DNA of 63,051 bases, filler included, from Olpidium bornovanus S191 (GCA_017911155.1; 31 parts of 31 records of this genome joined end to end with filler, not necessarily neighbours in it); one strand, 5' to 3'. Shown: positions 24,666 to 36,577, counted from the whole stretch's first letter. Program-made: numbers and translations. Notes: generated by a model from the letters alone, not told the origin.

Positions 24666-25639
24666 AAGGAGAGCCGAAGACAGTCCGGGAACGGTTCGGA
24701 GCAGCGAAAATTAAAAAGCGCAGAGGTGGTCCGCCAAGAGGTATCCGCCTGACGGGGGCTGTTGTGGACGAAGAGAGGCGCAGGGCGGCGTCTGTTTTCC
24801 AACTGCAAGAGAAAGAAATGGCGCGACCTGCCGTGCTTGTTATATATGTATACATATCGGGAAGCAGGATGTCCAAGATCGACAGATAGACCAAGGACCA
24901 GAATGAACTTTTCTGATTTGCTTTCCCTTTTTCTGCCCCGCCGCATTTTTTTTTTTTTTTTTTTTGTTTCCGTCGCGTGCGGCGGCGGCGACAGGACTTT
25001 CTTTTCGTTGGGGTTGAGAAGGCAGCGGGCAGACAGCCGCATCCTGAAGGACGGCTGGTCACCGGGCGCTCGCGCTACTGCCAAAAGGCTTCACTTTCGA
25101 AGATCCATTCAATCTAACGACTTTTGCAGGTGGCCCTATTCGGCGGCTCGACAGGCGCCGTTTAACTGTACGTTTTGGGGGCCCGCAAAGCGATGCCGGT
25201 GGGATCGCAGGAGCTCGCAAAGCGATGCCAGAGGGATTGCAGGATTCGGCAGCCGTTGATAGCCGGGTCGCTCGCACGCCTTACTGGATTTCAGTCGTGT
25301 TTGAACGGTAATCCCGCGAAGGGACGCAACGCGGGCGCAGTTTTTCCAAATGCGTGGATGGGGGCAGGTCTCGCCCGAACTGCGGGCCGGGTACTGCGAG
25401 GATGAGCGGACCTCTTGAGCAGCCGTCCGACCGGGCGCCCGTGCGGTTAGATATCGCCCGCCCCACACACCACCCGAGGCCAACAACCCGCGATAGAACC
25501 AAATGCGCCGGCGTCGCGCACGGCGTTGACCTGCTCTGCCGTCGGCTCTCCGTCCGCCGATTGCGCCAGTGATGACTGTCGGTGGCCCCTTCGACTTCAC
25601 ACATCGCAGACGACGCGTAAACTTACAGCACCGCTAAGG

Positions 25640-25672
<33 letters not shown>

Positions 25673-25987
25673 CGCGCGCGCGCGCGATGCCCGGGCAGCA
25701 CCCGTGAACGAGCAACAGCGCGGTCGAGACGCGAGACCGCCGGGACTGCTGCGAAAAAAGATTTCTCATGCATACGTGCAACAGGAAGGGGTTCGTGCGG
25801 TTGGGTTATTCAGCTGATCGCCGCTTGCAGCTTACAATCTCGGTTCCCGTTCACGCTCCAAACCGCTTTTTTCCGAACTCAAGCCCGNNNNNNNNNNNNN
25901 NNNNNNNNNNNNNNNNNNNNNNNNNNNNNNNTTAATTAATTAANNNNNNNNNNNNNNNNNNNNNNNNNNNNNNNNNNNNNNNNNNNN

Positions 25988-26088
25988 GACGCATTGCCGG
26001 AAGTTGCGGTCGAAAGCCTCTTGTCCGTCGTAATACGGGTCACGAATGATGCGGTCGCCCTCGGCATCAAATTCGCCAAAGAGTTGAA
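25988..26088 (-). CDS. LTP1: C-terminal exon of low-molecular-weight protein tyrosine phosphatase
   Basis: VQLFGEFDAEGDRIIRDPYYDGQEAFDRNFRQCV contains the LMW-PTP DPYY loop ([21 protein letters not shown]...QQCV). No upstream P-loop exon was found in this contig. Confidence 0.75.
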
Positions 26089-26163
26089 CTACCGAAACGG
26101 CGCCCATGTAATTACCGTTTACCACACTCCAACGCTTCCCTGGTATTCGCACCGGAGGGGGTT

Positions 26164-26202
<39 letters not shown>

Positions 26203-26756
26203 AAAAAAAAACATAGGAGCGCAACGCAAAACCGCCGGGGGGAAGTGTGGAGAAGGAGGGTCATTTTACACCGGTCGGAAGGGGCGGGGAACGGGGCCAG
26301 CCCCGCACACGCAAACCTCGGGGGAGGTGTGCCCAATGTTGTTTGTTTTTTTATTTTGGGTTACGGCTATGGGGTGCAGAGGGTAACAGTCCAGAACAGC
26401 GGGGGTCTAGCGATTAAAAGCTAACGCCCGAAACCGCCCGGGGGGGGGATGTCGGGGATTCCGGCCACCTCCTCCACTACCTCCCCTCCCACCACCCCCC
26501 AGGCGCGAAACACCCACCACCGAGCACACGGAGCACATTGATCTGGGTGGTTTTTTTTAGATTTTTCGCTCGAACAAAATATATTTAAGATTCTTTTTCG
26601 AATGACAGGGGAAAAGGCAGCCAAACGACGGAACGAAGCGGCCGTAAAAAAAAAAACACCAGTGCAAAAAGCGCAACCGCGTGATTTTCGATAGAAATTT
26701 CGGGTTCCAGTTGGCGTTTCCGTTGTTTTTTTTTTTTTGCTCCCACGAAAAGCCCC

Positions 26757-27022
26757 TCACTTCATGGCCTTGACCGTCGCCCAGGCCGGGCGTGCGCTGC
26801 GCGGATTCGGGGCGGGGCGGGGGATTTGCAGCAACGTTTCGGGGGTCAGCAACGGGCTCGAAACAAGCGGAGGGGCAAGCGGGAAGCGAAAACGGAGATC
26901 AAAATCCGGCTCACGTGATCGTTTTCCACCACTTGCTGACGTTCGGGCGCTTCTCCCAAAGGTCGCCCTGGTTTGCTTCGACGCAGTACACGCCGTAGGG
27001 GACGTGGAAAATGTCGGCGATC
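26757..27022 (-). CDS. Glutathione S-transferase, last two exons (Phi-like C-terminal domain)
   Basis: Exons 27022-26915 and 26796-26757 splice to IADIFHVPYGVYCVEANQGDLWEKRPNVSKWWKTITARPAWATVKAMK*, matching the GST C-terminal pattern LADLFHLPYG...RPNV..WW..I..RP.W. Confidence 0.85.
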
Positions 27023-27274
27023 CTGGCGAAAGCGAAATACGGGAAGGAGAAAAAAAAAAAANNNNNNNNNNNNNNNNNNNNNNNNNNNNNNNNNNNNNNN
27101 NNNNNTTAATTAATTAANNNNNNNNNNNNNNNNNNNNNNNNNNNNNNNNNNNNNNNNNNNNGGGGGCCCCCCCCCCCCCCTTCCCCCCCGCCCTCCCCCC
27201 CCGCCACCCCATCCTAGTGGTCGAGTCGGAAAATCACACGGCGGAGTGCAAAAGAAGAAAGAATTTTTTGTTGT

Positions 27275-28264
27275 TTATGAATGGCCCGCGCTGGGCAGCG
27301 CGGCCTTTGACGTCGCCGCTGCGGCAGACGCGGAGCCTGGCGGTGACGCTGCCGGTTTCGGAACCGCGGCGCTTCTCGGAAGGAACGCGAACGCGCCGCC
27401 AGCGGGCTTCGCGGACGAAGTAGGAGAAGCGGCGGCGCCGGAGTTTTCGGGCGGGGCGCGGCAGGCGAACGGCGGCTGTGGCGTGTCGCCCGCCGTCACC
27501 GGCGACGACCCGCTTGCCGTGTTCGCCGCGTGCACATCGTCAACCCAGCGAACATGAGACGCAGCTTGATTCGCTAGCCTCGCGAGGGGGTTGTCAACAA
27601 AAGTAAGGACATCCGCACTGCCCAGAGACGTCGGCGGCTGCGCGTTGGCCGAATCGGCGTCCGAGGCGGTCCCAGAATTTAGGAAATCGTCCTTTAGGAA
27701 GTAGCTGTCTAGATCCGGAAATTGCAGTTCGGGCCCTGCGTACAGGCCGAGCTGCCTCGCCAACATCTCGATGTTCGCCTGGAGCGTGTCGATCTCAGAC
27801 TGGATCGCTTCAACCGTCCGATGGCCGGAAATTGGGGCGTTGACGGCCTCAGAAACAGAAGGCGGGGTAAAACCTGGCGGGCGCAACACTTCTACAGTGG
27901 CAGGAGCGACCACTGTCCCGCAAGACGAAGAAGGTTCTTGAGTGGAAGGCGTCGACAGCTGCGCCGCCGACGAGCACGTCGGCGCTGCGCCAGGTGGGCT
28001 GCTCGTATCCGACCGGCCCGTCGCCGGAGAGACGAGGGCCGGGTCGAGCTCCATTTCGGCTTCCAGGATCTCCCTCATTTCTGGCGAATCCGGCAGCTGG
28101 ACCAACGGCGTGGAGCCGCGGGACCCGCTGCCGTCTGTCCTAACATGGCTTGTCTGTCCGTCGTCGATGAGAAACCTTCGCCGCTTATTTGGCAGCGTAT
28201 TCCCTGCATTGTCCTTGTTGAAGTATACAAGAGATGCTACAAACCGAAATATTTGTTTGATGAC
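27275..28264 (-). CDS. Heat-shock-factor-like transcription factor, C-terminal part
   Basis: VIKQIFRFVASLVY...KRRRFLIDD resembles the end of HSF HR-A/B (INKLIQFL.SLV...KRK..LML.D). IQSEIDTLQANIEMLARQLG resembles HR-C. The DNA-binding domain lies outside the contig. Confidence 0.55.
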   Translation of the reverse strand, partial: VIKQIFRFVASLVYFNKDNAGNTLPNKRRRFLIDDGQTSHVRTDGSGSRGSTPLVQLPDSPEMREILEAEMELDPALVSPATGRSDTSSPPGAAPTCSSAAQLSTPSTQEPSSSCGTVVAPATVEVLRPPGFTPPSVSEAVNAPISGHRTVEAIQSEIDTLQANIEMLARQLGLYAGPELQFPDLDSYFLKDDFLNSGTASDADSANAQPPTSLGSADVLTFVDNPLARLANQAASHVRWVDDVHAANTASGSSPVTAGDTPQPPFACRAPPENSGAAASPTSSAKPAGGAFAFLPRSAAVPKPAASPPGSASAAAATSKAALPSAGHS

Positions 28265-28483
28265 NNNNNNNNNNNNNNNNNNNNNNNNNNNNNNNNNNNN
28301 NNNNNNNNTTAATTAATTAANNNNNNNNNNNNNNNNNNNNNNNNNNNNNNNNNNNNNNNNNNNNAGGTGCTAATCGACGCGTTTTGCACCTTGCAGAATC
28401 CCGATAAAACCCCGATACAGCCCTCAAAACCGCCTTATGGGCCCGATCCCTCGCAATAGGAACTTTTTGGCCTGAACCGCTAG

Positions 28484-28975
28484 GTGATTGCGGCCGGCCC
28501 TGATCCGCAATCTGGGCGGCCGAGTCCCGGCCCGGCTGAATCGAGCGCCCGGCGCGCGGCTGCTTCGCCTGGCTTCGCCGACGTCAAGAAGCTCGACGAG
28601 CTCCCCGCCCACGGCCTGTGCGCGCTGGTCCCGCTCCGCCGCACCACGCCGGGCGAACGCCTTCGGCGCATCGGCTACCGCGACTCCGGCGGGCGGGGGG
28701 GGGGGGGGCCGGGGGAAGAGGTGCCCGTGAGGGCAACCGAGGCCAGCTTCAACGGCCGCGCCTACGAATGCTGCATGTGCTACCGCGAGTTCCCCGCCCT
28801 CGGCCAGCTTAACTCCCGCCTCGTGACCCACGAGCCGAAGGACTACCGCTGCGCCGCCTGCGACCGCAGGTTCAACCTGCTCTCGGCGCTGATCCAGCAC
28901 TGGGAGAAGTCGGGGTGCGGAGGCGGAATCGCCTCTGCCGCTAGGGACCTCACTAGGCTCCGCATCGCGTTTTAG
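28484..28975 (+). CDS. C2H2 zinc-finger protein (fungal 'NGRxYECxxC' type), possibly degenerate
   Basis: FNGRAYECCMCYREFPALGQLNSRLVTH..DYRCAACDRRFNLLSALIQHWEKSGC contains two fingers. The first has Arg at the first His ligand position. Confidence 0.65.
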   Translation: MIAAGPDPQSGRPSPGPAESSARRAAASPGFADVKKLDELPAHGLCALVPLRRTTPGERLRRIGYRDSGGRGGGGPGEEVPVRATEASFNGRAYECCMCYREFPALGQLNSRLVTHEPKDYRCAACDRRFNLLSALIQHWEKSGCGGGIASAARDLTRLRIAF

Positions 28976-29702
28976 TTGAAAGTTCCCCGATTCCTTGTTG
29001 GCAGGAACCACCAAAAAAATGATTAGGGATTTCATATGTATTTTCTTTTTATTCGTTCTACTTTATGTTTCTTTGGCCGCGTCCAAAGTGTCTTTTTTTT
29101 CCATCCGAATTTCCTGAATTTCATTGCGGTCACTAAAATAAAATATAAAATTGTCCAGCACCGCAGAACTCATCCCTTCGGCAAACGGTTTACTGAGCGT
29201 CGATTGTGCGAACGACGAGTCGGCGGCGACAGTAAAGGCAGATCCCGAATTTTTCACGTACGGTCGCCCCGTTTCAATTTGATCCTCTCGTCTCTGTTAT
29301 TTGTAATATCCAATACCCAGGCTTGGTTGGGTCGACGCGCACAGCCGGCCACCCCGGTTGAGCCGCCTATCGACGACCGTAGTTTCTGCGACGCGGTATG
29401 TCCGTAAGAAGACCCGATATCTGACGCGTAACCAGAATAAAAGTCGAGGGGGGGAAAGAAAAAATTTGCTGGCGAGACTAACGTCCGCTTCGCATCAAAA
29501 CACAGACGTGGCCGGCGGAAAACACCGGACCAAAGATGTCCAGTGCGGCGTAACGGTATTTAAGAAGTATTCACGTTTTCCAGGGGGAAGTAACGTGCGT
29601 AACGGTCCTTGAGAAGTATTCACATTTTTCAGGGAAAAGGGAAAGAAACGTGCGCGGGGAAGCAATTACATAAGATCTAGGGAAAACGCAAAACGTGCGC
29701 GC

Positions 29703-29746
<44 letters not shown>

Positions 29747-30169
29747 GGGGGGACCACAAACTTCTCCGGCCGGCGCGCGCGGCGCCTTTGCNNNNNNNNN
29801 NNNNNNNNNNNNNNNNNNNNNNNNNNNNNNNNNNNTTAATTAATTAANNNNNNNNNNNNNNNNNNNNNNNNNNNNNNNNNNNNNNNNNNNNCATGAGAAA
29901 AAAAATAAAAGGTGCGTGTCTGGGTAAATTATGGAAACACGTAAACCCCACCCGCTTTTTGCTACAACCGTTGAATTATATACAGTTTATTGAGAAAATC
30001 AAGCTTTTATAAAATAAATGGTTTTTGTAAAAACCACACCGCGACACCGTAAACTTCACTCCAAACATTTTTTAATTTTTTTTATCGAAGGTGTCATCGA
30101 GTAAAAGCGTTCCAGAGTGTTTATTTGTAACGATCCGATCGACAGAAGAAAACAATGCAAACAAATTGC

Positions 30170-30350
30170 TTTGTGTGGGATTTTACGACATGAGCTTTGC
30201 TGTGGGAATGGTTTGTTGGGAAGGCAGAGACCATGGAGATGATTGACATGGAGATGATTGAGGATGAAAAGCCCAAGATTTGAGAGGTCCTGGACAAGTA
30301 CGAGCTTGCGGACATTTATAACATTGGATGAAACGGGCCTCTTCTACATT
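30170..30350 (+). mobile_element. pogo/Tigger (DDE_1) transposase remnant
   Basis: IDMEMIEDEKPKI*EVLDKYELADIYNI[frameshift]DETGLFY matches the pogo YNxDETGLF first-catalytic-D motif, with a stop and a frameshift. Confidence 0.75.
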
Positions 30351-30608
30351 TTGAACTCCTGTGCAATTGTTCTCTCAAAGAAGTATATAACCAGGGCTTC
30401 TGTTATTAGGCCGATTACTCCCATGCGCCCATCCGACTTTTTCTTTAAAAAAAAAATGAATTCCCGAAAGTCCAGTGGCGCATTATTGTTCCGCCGCCCC
30501 CCCCGCCCTCCCGCACCAGACGCCGCCGGGAAGGGGCAAAAAAAAAAGACGACAGGAAAACCCGCGCTCGGTCCGGGGGGGAGAAAGAAAAGGAGGAAAA
30601 AAAAAAAA

Positions 30609-31241
30609 ATGTCTCTGGCCGCGGGCTCCGTTCGCCGCGGCATCCTGCCGTCTGCGCTCGCGCGCCGCCGGCCCCCTCCTGCGGCCGCCTCGGTAGACGA
30701 CGTCCGCCGGTGCGGCTCGAAGCGGCGCGCTCACGCCGCCGCCTCCGCGTGTTGCGCCGACGCGGCGGCTGCGGCGGGCGGTTTCCCTCCCGCGGCGGCG
30801 TCCGCGCACGCCCCGGAGCCCCCCCGGAGGCTGGCCGTGGCGCTTTTCTCCATCGGGCTTCCGGGCTGGACGACGTCGGTCTCCGCCAGCCTTTTCCTCC
30901 CGCACCCCGCGGGGCTCCTGCCGCGGGCCGGCGCCGGCCTCTCCCGGCTGCTGGACGACCTCGCCGAGAAGCTCGGGGACCTCCGCGCGCTCCTGGCCGC
31001 GCCCAAGCAGAAGAGCTCGAGGAGGAGGACGAGGCAGGACCAGCTCGCGATGAGGATCAGGGAGCGGAGAGACATCGTGCCGTGCCCGATCTGCGGCCGG
31101 CCGTCCCTCCGCGACAACGTGTGCCTCTCGTGCGTTGACGAGGTGCGCCGGCAGTGGAAGGCGGAGGACATGGTCGCCAACCAGGAGCAGAAAGAGCGGG
31201 AGAGAGCGCAGGACGCGCTCGCGGGCGGAGAGCGGAAGTAG
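30609..31241 (+). CDS. MRPL32: Mitochondrial ribosomal protein bL32m, intronless
   Basis: Long Arg/Ala-rich presequence, then LLAAPKQKSSRRRTR...IVPCPICGRPSLRDNVCLSCVDEVRRQWK with CxxC...CxxC. Confidence 0.85.
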   Translation: MSLAAGSVRRGILPSALARRRPPPAAASVDDVRRCGSKRRAHAAASACCADAAAAAGGFPPAAASAHAPEPPRRLAVALFSIGLPGWTTSVSASLFLPHPAGLLPRAGAGLSRLLDDLAEKLGDLRALLAAPKQKSSRRRTRQDQLAMRIRERRDIVPCPICGRPSLRDNVCLSCVDEVRRQWKAEDMVANQEQKERERAQDALAGGERK

Positions 31242-33704
31242 GGCCCGTGCAGGACATGACGCACGCGCGCCGCGCGCACGCCCACACCCGTCGAAGCGGA
31301 GGGGCGGGGCTCCGCTCGTTTGCTCCCCTCGTCCGCGCGAGCCTCCGCCGCCGACCCCGCCGCAGCGGCCCCCGCACCCTCGCGCACCCGCAAGCACGGG
31401 CACGCACGCACGCACGCGGCATCGACGGCCGCTGCCCTCACCCCGGCCGTGGCGAGCGTCCAAAATAGAATAAAAGGCGTCTAAATTGTGTTGTTGCCGT
31501 CCGCGCGTTTTTTTTTTAGCGCTTGCTGCGGCATGAGAACCGTTCCCGGGTTTGCTCTCGCCACCCGGCGACTTCAAGCTCCCCTCCTGCTTCGCGAGTG
31601 AGCTTTTGATTCCGTTTTCTGGAAAGGAGAGACATTTCACGGGATGTTTTTTGTGAGGCCGTCTCACCCTCATTCCAGCGGACTGAGAAACCCGCGAACA
31701 AGACGGAGACTGTGACGTCTCCACGGAGAGACTGAAAGAACTGGTTGGTGCGCGCAAGTGCGAGAGTTAAAGCCACAATGGGCTGAAACGCACGTGCCAC
31801 GTATGATGGGCGAAGTTTTCGTGGCACGGACGCGTCGGGCGGCGGCTCGGGTGACTGGTGCGGAGGGATAGAATGGAACCTCGCCATCTCCGACATTTTC
31901 TGGCCCATCACGGCGCACAACCTCCACCATATTTCCTGTGTTTTTTTTTTTTCTTTTTTTTTTTTCCTCGTTCTGGATTTGTTCCGGGGAGGAAGGTGTG
32001 GGGGCAGAAGGCGGGGAATAATGGCGGCAACGAAAAGCGGTGCGACACAACATTCAGTTAGTCGAGTATTTTATGCCGTCTACTAGATTTAAGGCGAGCA
32101 GCTGAGGCGAAACATGCGGCGGCGGCAAAAAATTTTTTCCCCCGCCAGTCAGCTTCGCGATGTCCTGCCTTTTGGAGATCCGGCGTTTCGCAACGCGGGG
32201 CGCAGCGGACCGAGTCATCCATCCGGGGTGGGGTAGCCTATTTTTGACTTTACAGAAGGTCAAGCCCGGCGCCGCCTTTGCCACGACGGTTTGTCTGCGA
32301 AGCACGCGCGTTTGCTGCCGCGGGTTGCCTTTCGCAATCTCCCTCTGCCTTCTTCGAGGCTGCGGGCCAAGTTTGCGAGCGTGTTTTCAAGTCTCGCCGC
32401 GGGACGATATGATCCCCTTGCCCTTCGGCACCCCGCTGATGCCGGTTCCGTCCGCAGCGTTTTGTGAAGACCGACGTTGCGGGCCCGTTGGCCTGAGCCG
32501 CCAGGTCCTGTGACTCCGCTGCCGAGCCGCACAATTTCTTTATTTATTGATTTGTTTCTATTTTTTTTTAGGCCGGGAGAGGCGAGATGGGGGGGCTGCG
32601 TGTGGTTTTTTTTTTCACAGGCAAAAATTCTCCGAGAGCCGGACAACCCGACTCCTCCCCGTCGGCGGGGACGAACCCACCGGGACGGTGCTGCCCCTCC
32701 GACGCGCCGGGTCCAGCCCATCGCCTTCGCCGCTGCTGCCGCCACCGCCGACGAGGCCCGCCGCCTCATCCTTTCCCGGGGAGAAAGGACGGAGCAGGGA
32801 GGTGGAGGGGTCCGGGGCCATGGNNNNNNNNNNNNNNNNNNNNNNNNNNNNNNNNNNNNNNNNNNNNTTAATTAATTAANNNNNNNNNNNNNNNNNNNNN
32901 NNNNNNNNNNNNNNNNNNNNNNNCCCTTGCTCCCTGCATTTGCCAGAGCCTGCCGCAAAAAGCCTGCCGCTCACTTTTTCGTGGAGGCGACCTGACTTAC
33001 CCAAACTTGGGTCAATGTCGATATTACAGTACGAACGCTCTTGGGAACTGCGTTCTACAACCGTGCAGGAACACGAAGGGGTTCGTCGGGAACGGAACAG
33101 GTATAGTTATGGGAAAGGAACACTTCCGGGGGCACGGCAAGCTAGCTTCGTCGTGAAAGGAACGGGGGTCGCTCGAGATAAAACCAGCAGTTCTTGTCTC
33201 TGATTTATTCCCTGTCGCCGTATTTCTCGCAGAATACGCAGACAGCCCGGACCTCTCGACGCCCGTATCAACGTACCCAGTGACATCAACGCCTACGCGG
33301 ACTTCGAGTCCCGGAGCTGAGTCATTCCCCTTCGAAACGTTTGTGATCTCGCTGGCGTCGGCGGCCTTCACGGGCTCCAGCACAACAAGGACGTTGGCGC
33401 AGGCGCCGATTTCCGCGACGGAAGACGACGGCAGCAGCGAGAATCGGCAGCCAAATTGCAGTAGGTCCAAGCGTTTTCATATCCAGGCTTGTGATCCCGC
33501 TGGCCATTGCCGCGGCGTGCGCGGCATGCCCCTGCCTGCTGTTCTGAGTGAGGGACCGGAAACGCCGACAGTTCACGTCGGAGCGGCAGATGAAGCGGCG
33601 GCGGCAGAGCAGAAGCCAGGCTGACCCCGGCGGGAGGCTGCCGCCGACCCGGCGGCCGGATCGGCGACGGGCCGAGGCATACCAGAATCACGCGTTCCGC
33701 CAGC

Positions 33705-34007
33705 ATGAAGGAAAACGCGGGGGGCGCCGATGACGAGGACGCACCGCTGGCCGCCGCCTTGCCCGCCGGGTCCACCTACCGTCCGGCGTCCCAGGAGTTT
33801 GCCGTGCCTAAGCTCGTCCGTGCTGCGTACGACTTTTCCAGCTCCAACTCGGACGAGATGAACTTCACGACCGGCGACTGCATACTACTCCATGAAGTTT
33901 ACTCGGACGGATGGGGGCGCGGTATGTTGGCAACGCCTGCTGGCGAGCCGTTGTCCGAGAGCCCGGAGCTCATGGCCTTGCCGATGAACTACGTCAGACT
34001 TGTTTGA
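33705..34007 (+). CDS. SH3-domain protein, C-terminal part
   Basis: VRAAYDFSSSNSDEMNFTTGDCILLHEVYSDGWGRG...ALPMNYVRLV* is a canonical SH3 signature (AxYDF, EL/M.F, GW, P.NYV). Upstream exons are unresolved. Confidence 0.8.
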   Translation: MKENAGGADDEDAPLAAALPAGSTYRPASQEFAVPKLVRAAYDFSSSNSDEMNFTTGDCILLHEVYSDGWGRGMLATPAGEPLSESPELMALPMNYVRLV

Positions 34008-34604
34008 CAATTTATATACGATACCCCCCACCCCCCCTTCCCCCCCACATTTCTCACACAGAATACGGCTTACTCTAATCCATCGAACGTGGAAATTCTC
34101 GAAGTAGTTTTCGCTTTTTTGCCCTATGTAATCCCACTTACGCGAATTCTCGCTCGTATGTTTACTAACATGAGAATAGTTGGCGCCCCATTATTTTTTT
34201 TTGTCCATCCCCACAAACTGTTACCTGTACAAATCGTTCGCAATGCAGAACGCGGGCCGTCGGCAAACACTGCCGGGCGGCGGCTTTGANNNNNNNNNNN
34301 NNNNNNNNNNNNNNNNNNNNNNNNNNNNNNNNNTTAATTAATTAANNNNNNNNNNNNNNNNNNNNNNNNNNNNNNNNNNNNNNNNNNNNCCCCCCCCCCC
34401 CCAACCCTTCCCCCAGCGAGAACGCGCGCCTTCGTTGCTCGCTTGCACAGCCTTGCGGGTGGCCCGCTTCCGGTCGGCCGCGTGGTGTGGAGGACTCGCG
34501 GGACTTCGGCTCCGCAAACGTTGCGCGGCGCCCGCCCGCGCACGACGTCGGGCGTCTTGTTATTTTTTATGTCCCCCCCCCCTCCACCTTCCCTTTTGAC
34601 GCAG

Positions 34605-35449
34605 TCCCCGCTCTGACAGGCCCCCAGAATGTGGCGCCCGCCCTCCAGCAGCAGGCCATTGACCTCGAGCGGGCGCGTGTTGGAAACTCGCTCGCAAAGG
34701 GCCTCGAGCGGCGCCCCAGCGTCGAAGCGCTCGTGGAACACAACATCCTAAAGGGGCCGGCCGCCCACGGCGTCGCCGCCAGCCTGCAGTCGGTGCAGGG
34801 ACAACTGGCAAAGAAGATGGTCGAGGACAAGCTGGAGAGCAGCCTGCAGAAGCGTCCGAGCCAGAGTGACCTGGTTCAGCAGCACATTCTGTCCGCCGTT
34901 GGTAATATATGCCAGGCCGCGGTGTGCTGGAGAGGCCGCTGGGGGAGGAAGGGAGGGAGGAGGAGGGGGCGGGGGGGGGTCTGTCGAGGTTTCGTGCGCA
35001 GTCAAGCCTGCTATTTGTCTGCCTCTTCGGCTTTCGGTCTCGCTGGCTTTTCTGGCCTTTTTCCGCCTTTCTTCTTATTGCAACGTTATCGGTCGATTGC
35101 CGCACTCTGACTTCTCTCGTCCGATGTTTCCTACGCCGTCATCGACATCCACGGACCCTTCGCGCGCCGTTTGCTGCGCGAGCAGACTCGAAGCTGGCAT
35201 CCTCGCTTGTCTCGAACGCGCTGGCGTTCGAAAAGGCCCAGCTCGAAAACCACCTGTCGAACAGCCTAAAGGAGCGTCCGTCCAAGGACGAGCTGATCGG
35301 CCACAACATCCTGAAGCAGGAGGTCAACCTGGCCCCGTCTCTGCAGGCCAACGCGGCCGAACTCAAGCGGCGCCAGATCGCCGACGAGGTCGACCACAAC
35401 GTCAAAGAAAAACTCCACGACCTGAAAGCCAAGGGCGTTCTTGCGGGTG
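34605..35449 (+). CDS. RPEL-repeat (G-actin-binding) protein, partial
   Basis: Three RPEL motifs: LERRPSVEALVEHNIL, LQKRPSQSDLVQQHIL and LKERPSKDELIGHNIL, separated by VA(P/A)SLQ spacers. One intron lies near 34900-35180. Confidence 0.85.
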
Positions 35450-35832
35450 GTAAGTTCCCCGGGTCTCCAATACGGGTTTGCCGCTCGTTTCCGTCCTTTT
35501 CCTTTGCTCCAGCTCTCGAAATGCGAACCGAAAGCAGGACGCAAGCGACAAAAAAAAAAATTGCTGCTTCCTTGTCGCTGCTCTCCGGAAGCGGACCAGA
35601 TTCTGCTCGTTTTAGTGGCGGCGTTGCCGGGNNNNNNNNNNNNNNNNNNNNNNNNNNNNNNNNNNNNNNNNNNNNTTAATTAATTAANNNNNNNNNNNNN
35701 NNNNNNNNNNNNNNNNNNNNNNNNNNNNNNNACGTGGGTACGCCCTAGCACAAAGATTAAGGAAAAAAAAAAAAAAACCCCCGGACTCGCTTCCCCCCGC
35801 CGCCCTTTTATACCCGGCGCTTTCCCCTGTTT

Positions 35833-35867
<35 letters not shown>

Positions 35868-36543
35868 CCCACAGCGCCTGCGTAGCCGCCGGCCCCGCGA
35901 GCGAGCCCGCGTGAATGCCCTTACTCTTCGGGGCGGTGTTTCCGAGGGGGTTCCTTCAAGAAAGCCTTCCCCGCTTTCTTTTCTCGGTTCGTTCGGTCGG
36001 GTGTGTGTTTGCAGGGTGCGCCCTTGGGGGCGGTGGAAGGGGAAGGAAAGGCCGGGGGGCTTCAAATCTCTCTCTCCCCCGCCCGCCCGCAAAACCCGGC
36101 TGGCCTCCCGTCCCCGCGTCCCCAACGGCGAGTCCCATCCATCAACTTGGAAGACCGCCGTGAGACGAGCGGCATGAGAGCACTCCTCCTCCATCACAGG
36201 GCTACCGAAATGCTTTTGGGGTGGAAGGCCTTCATGATGATGGCCGCCGCCTACGTCTGGCTGCATTCGACTGCAACCCGGGGATCCGCTCCAGGGCCAG
36301 GCAACGGGTAGCAAATGGCGACGGGCTCCGTTGATGTGCCTCCGATAGGGAAACTCGGCGCGGCGCACGACGTTGGAATCGCGACCGTGCAAAGGTCGAG
36401 GGCACGCTTCGCGAAAACGTCGAGGTTCCGTTGATACCCGGCTTGCCGGAACGTTGGATTTGTCAACGTTTGAATCAACGTTGGTCAACTTCCACGCTTC
36501 CCCAACGTGTCGCACTACATAAGTTGTCCCAAGCTTGTGCCGG

Positions 36544-36577
36544 ATTTCCCAACGTTGTGGCAAAAACGTTGGGAAAT
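36544..36577. repeat. Perfect 13-bp inverted repeat in an AACGTT-rich cluster
   Basis: ATTTCCCAACGTT-gtggcaaa-AACGTTGGGAAAT, with further AACGT(T) copies between ~36410 and 36570. Confidence 0.85.

Noticed and set aside
26760-27020. Plus-strand MALTVAQAGRALRGF...LLPKVALVCFDAV as a mitochondrial HAD hydrolase
   Set aside because: The minus strand gives a clean two-exon GST C-terminus with canonical splice sites.
31516-32820. Several medium ORFs downstream of MRPL32
   Set aside because: No family motifs or consistent splice chain could be established.
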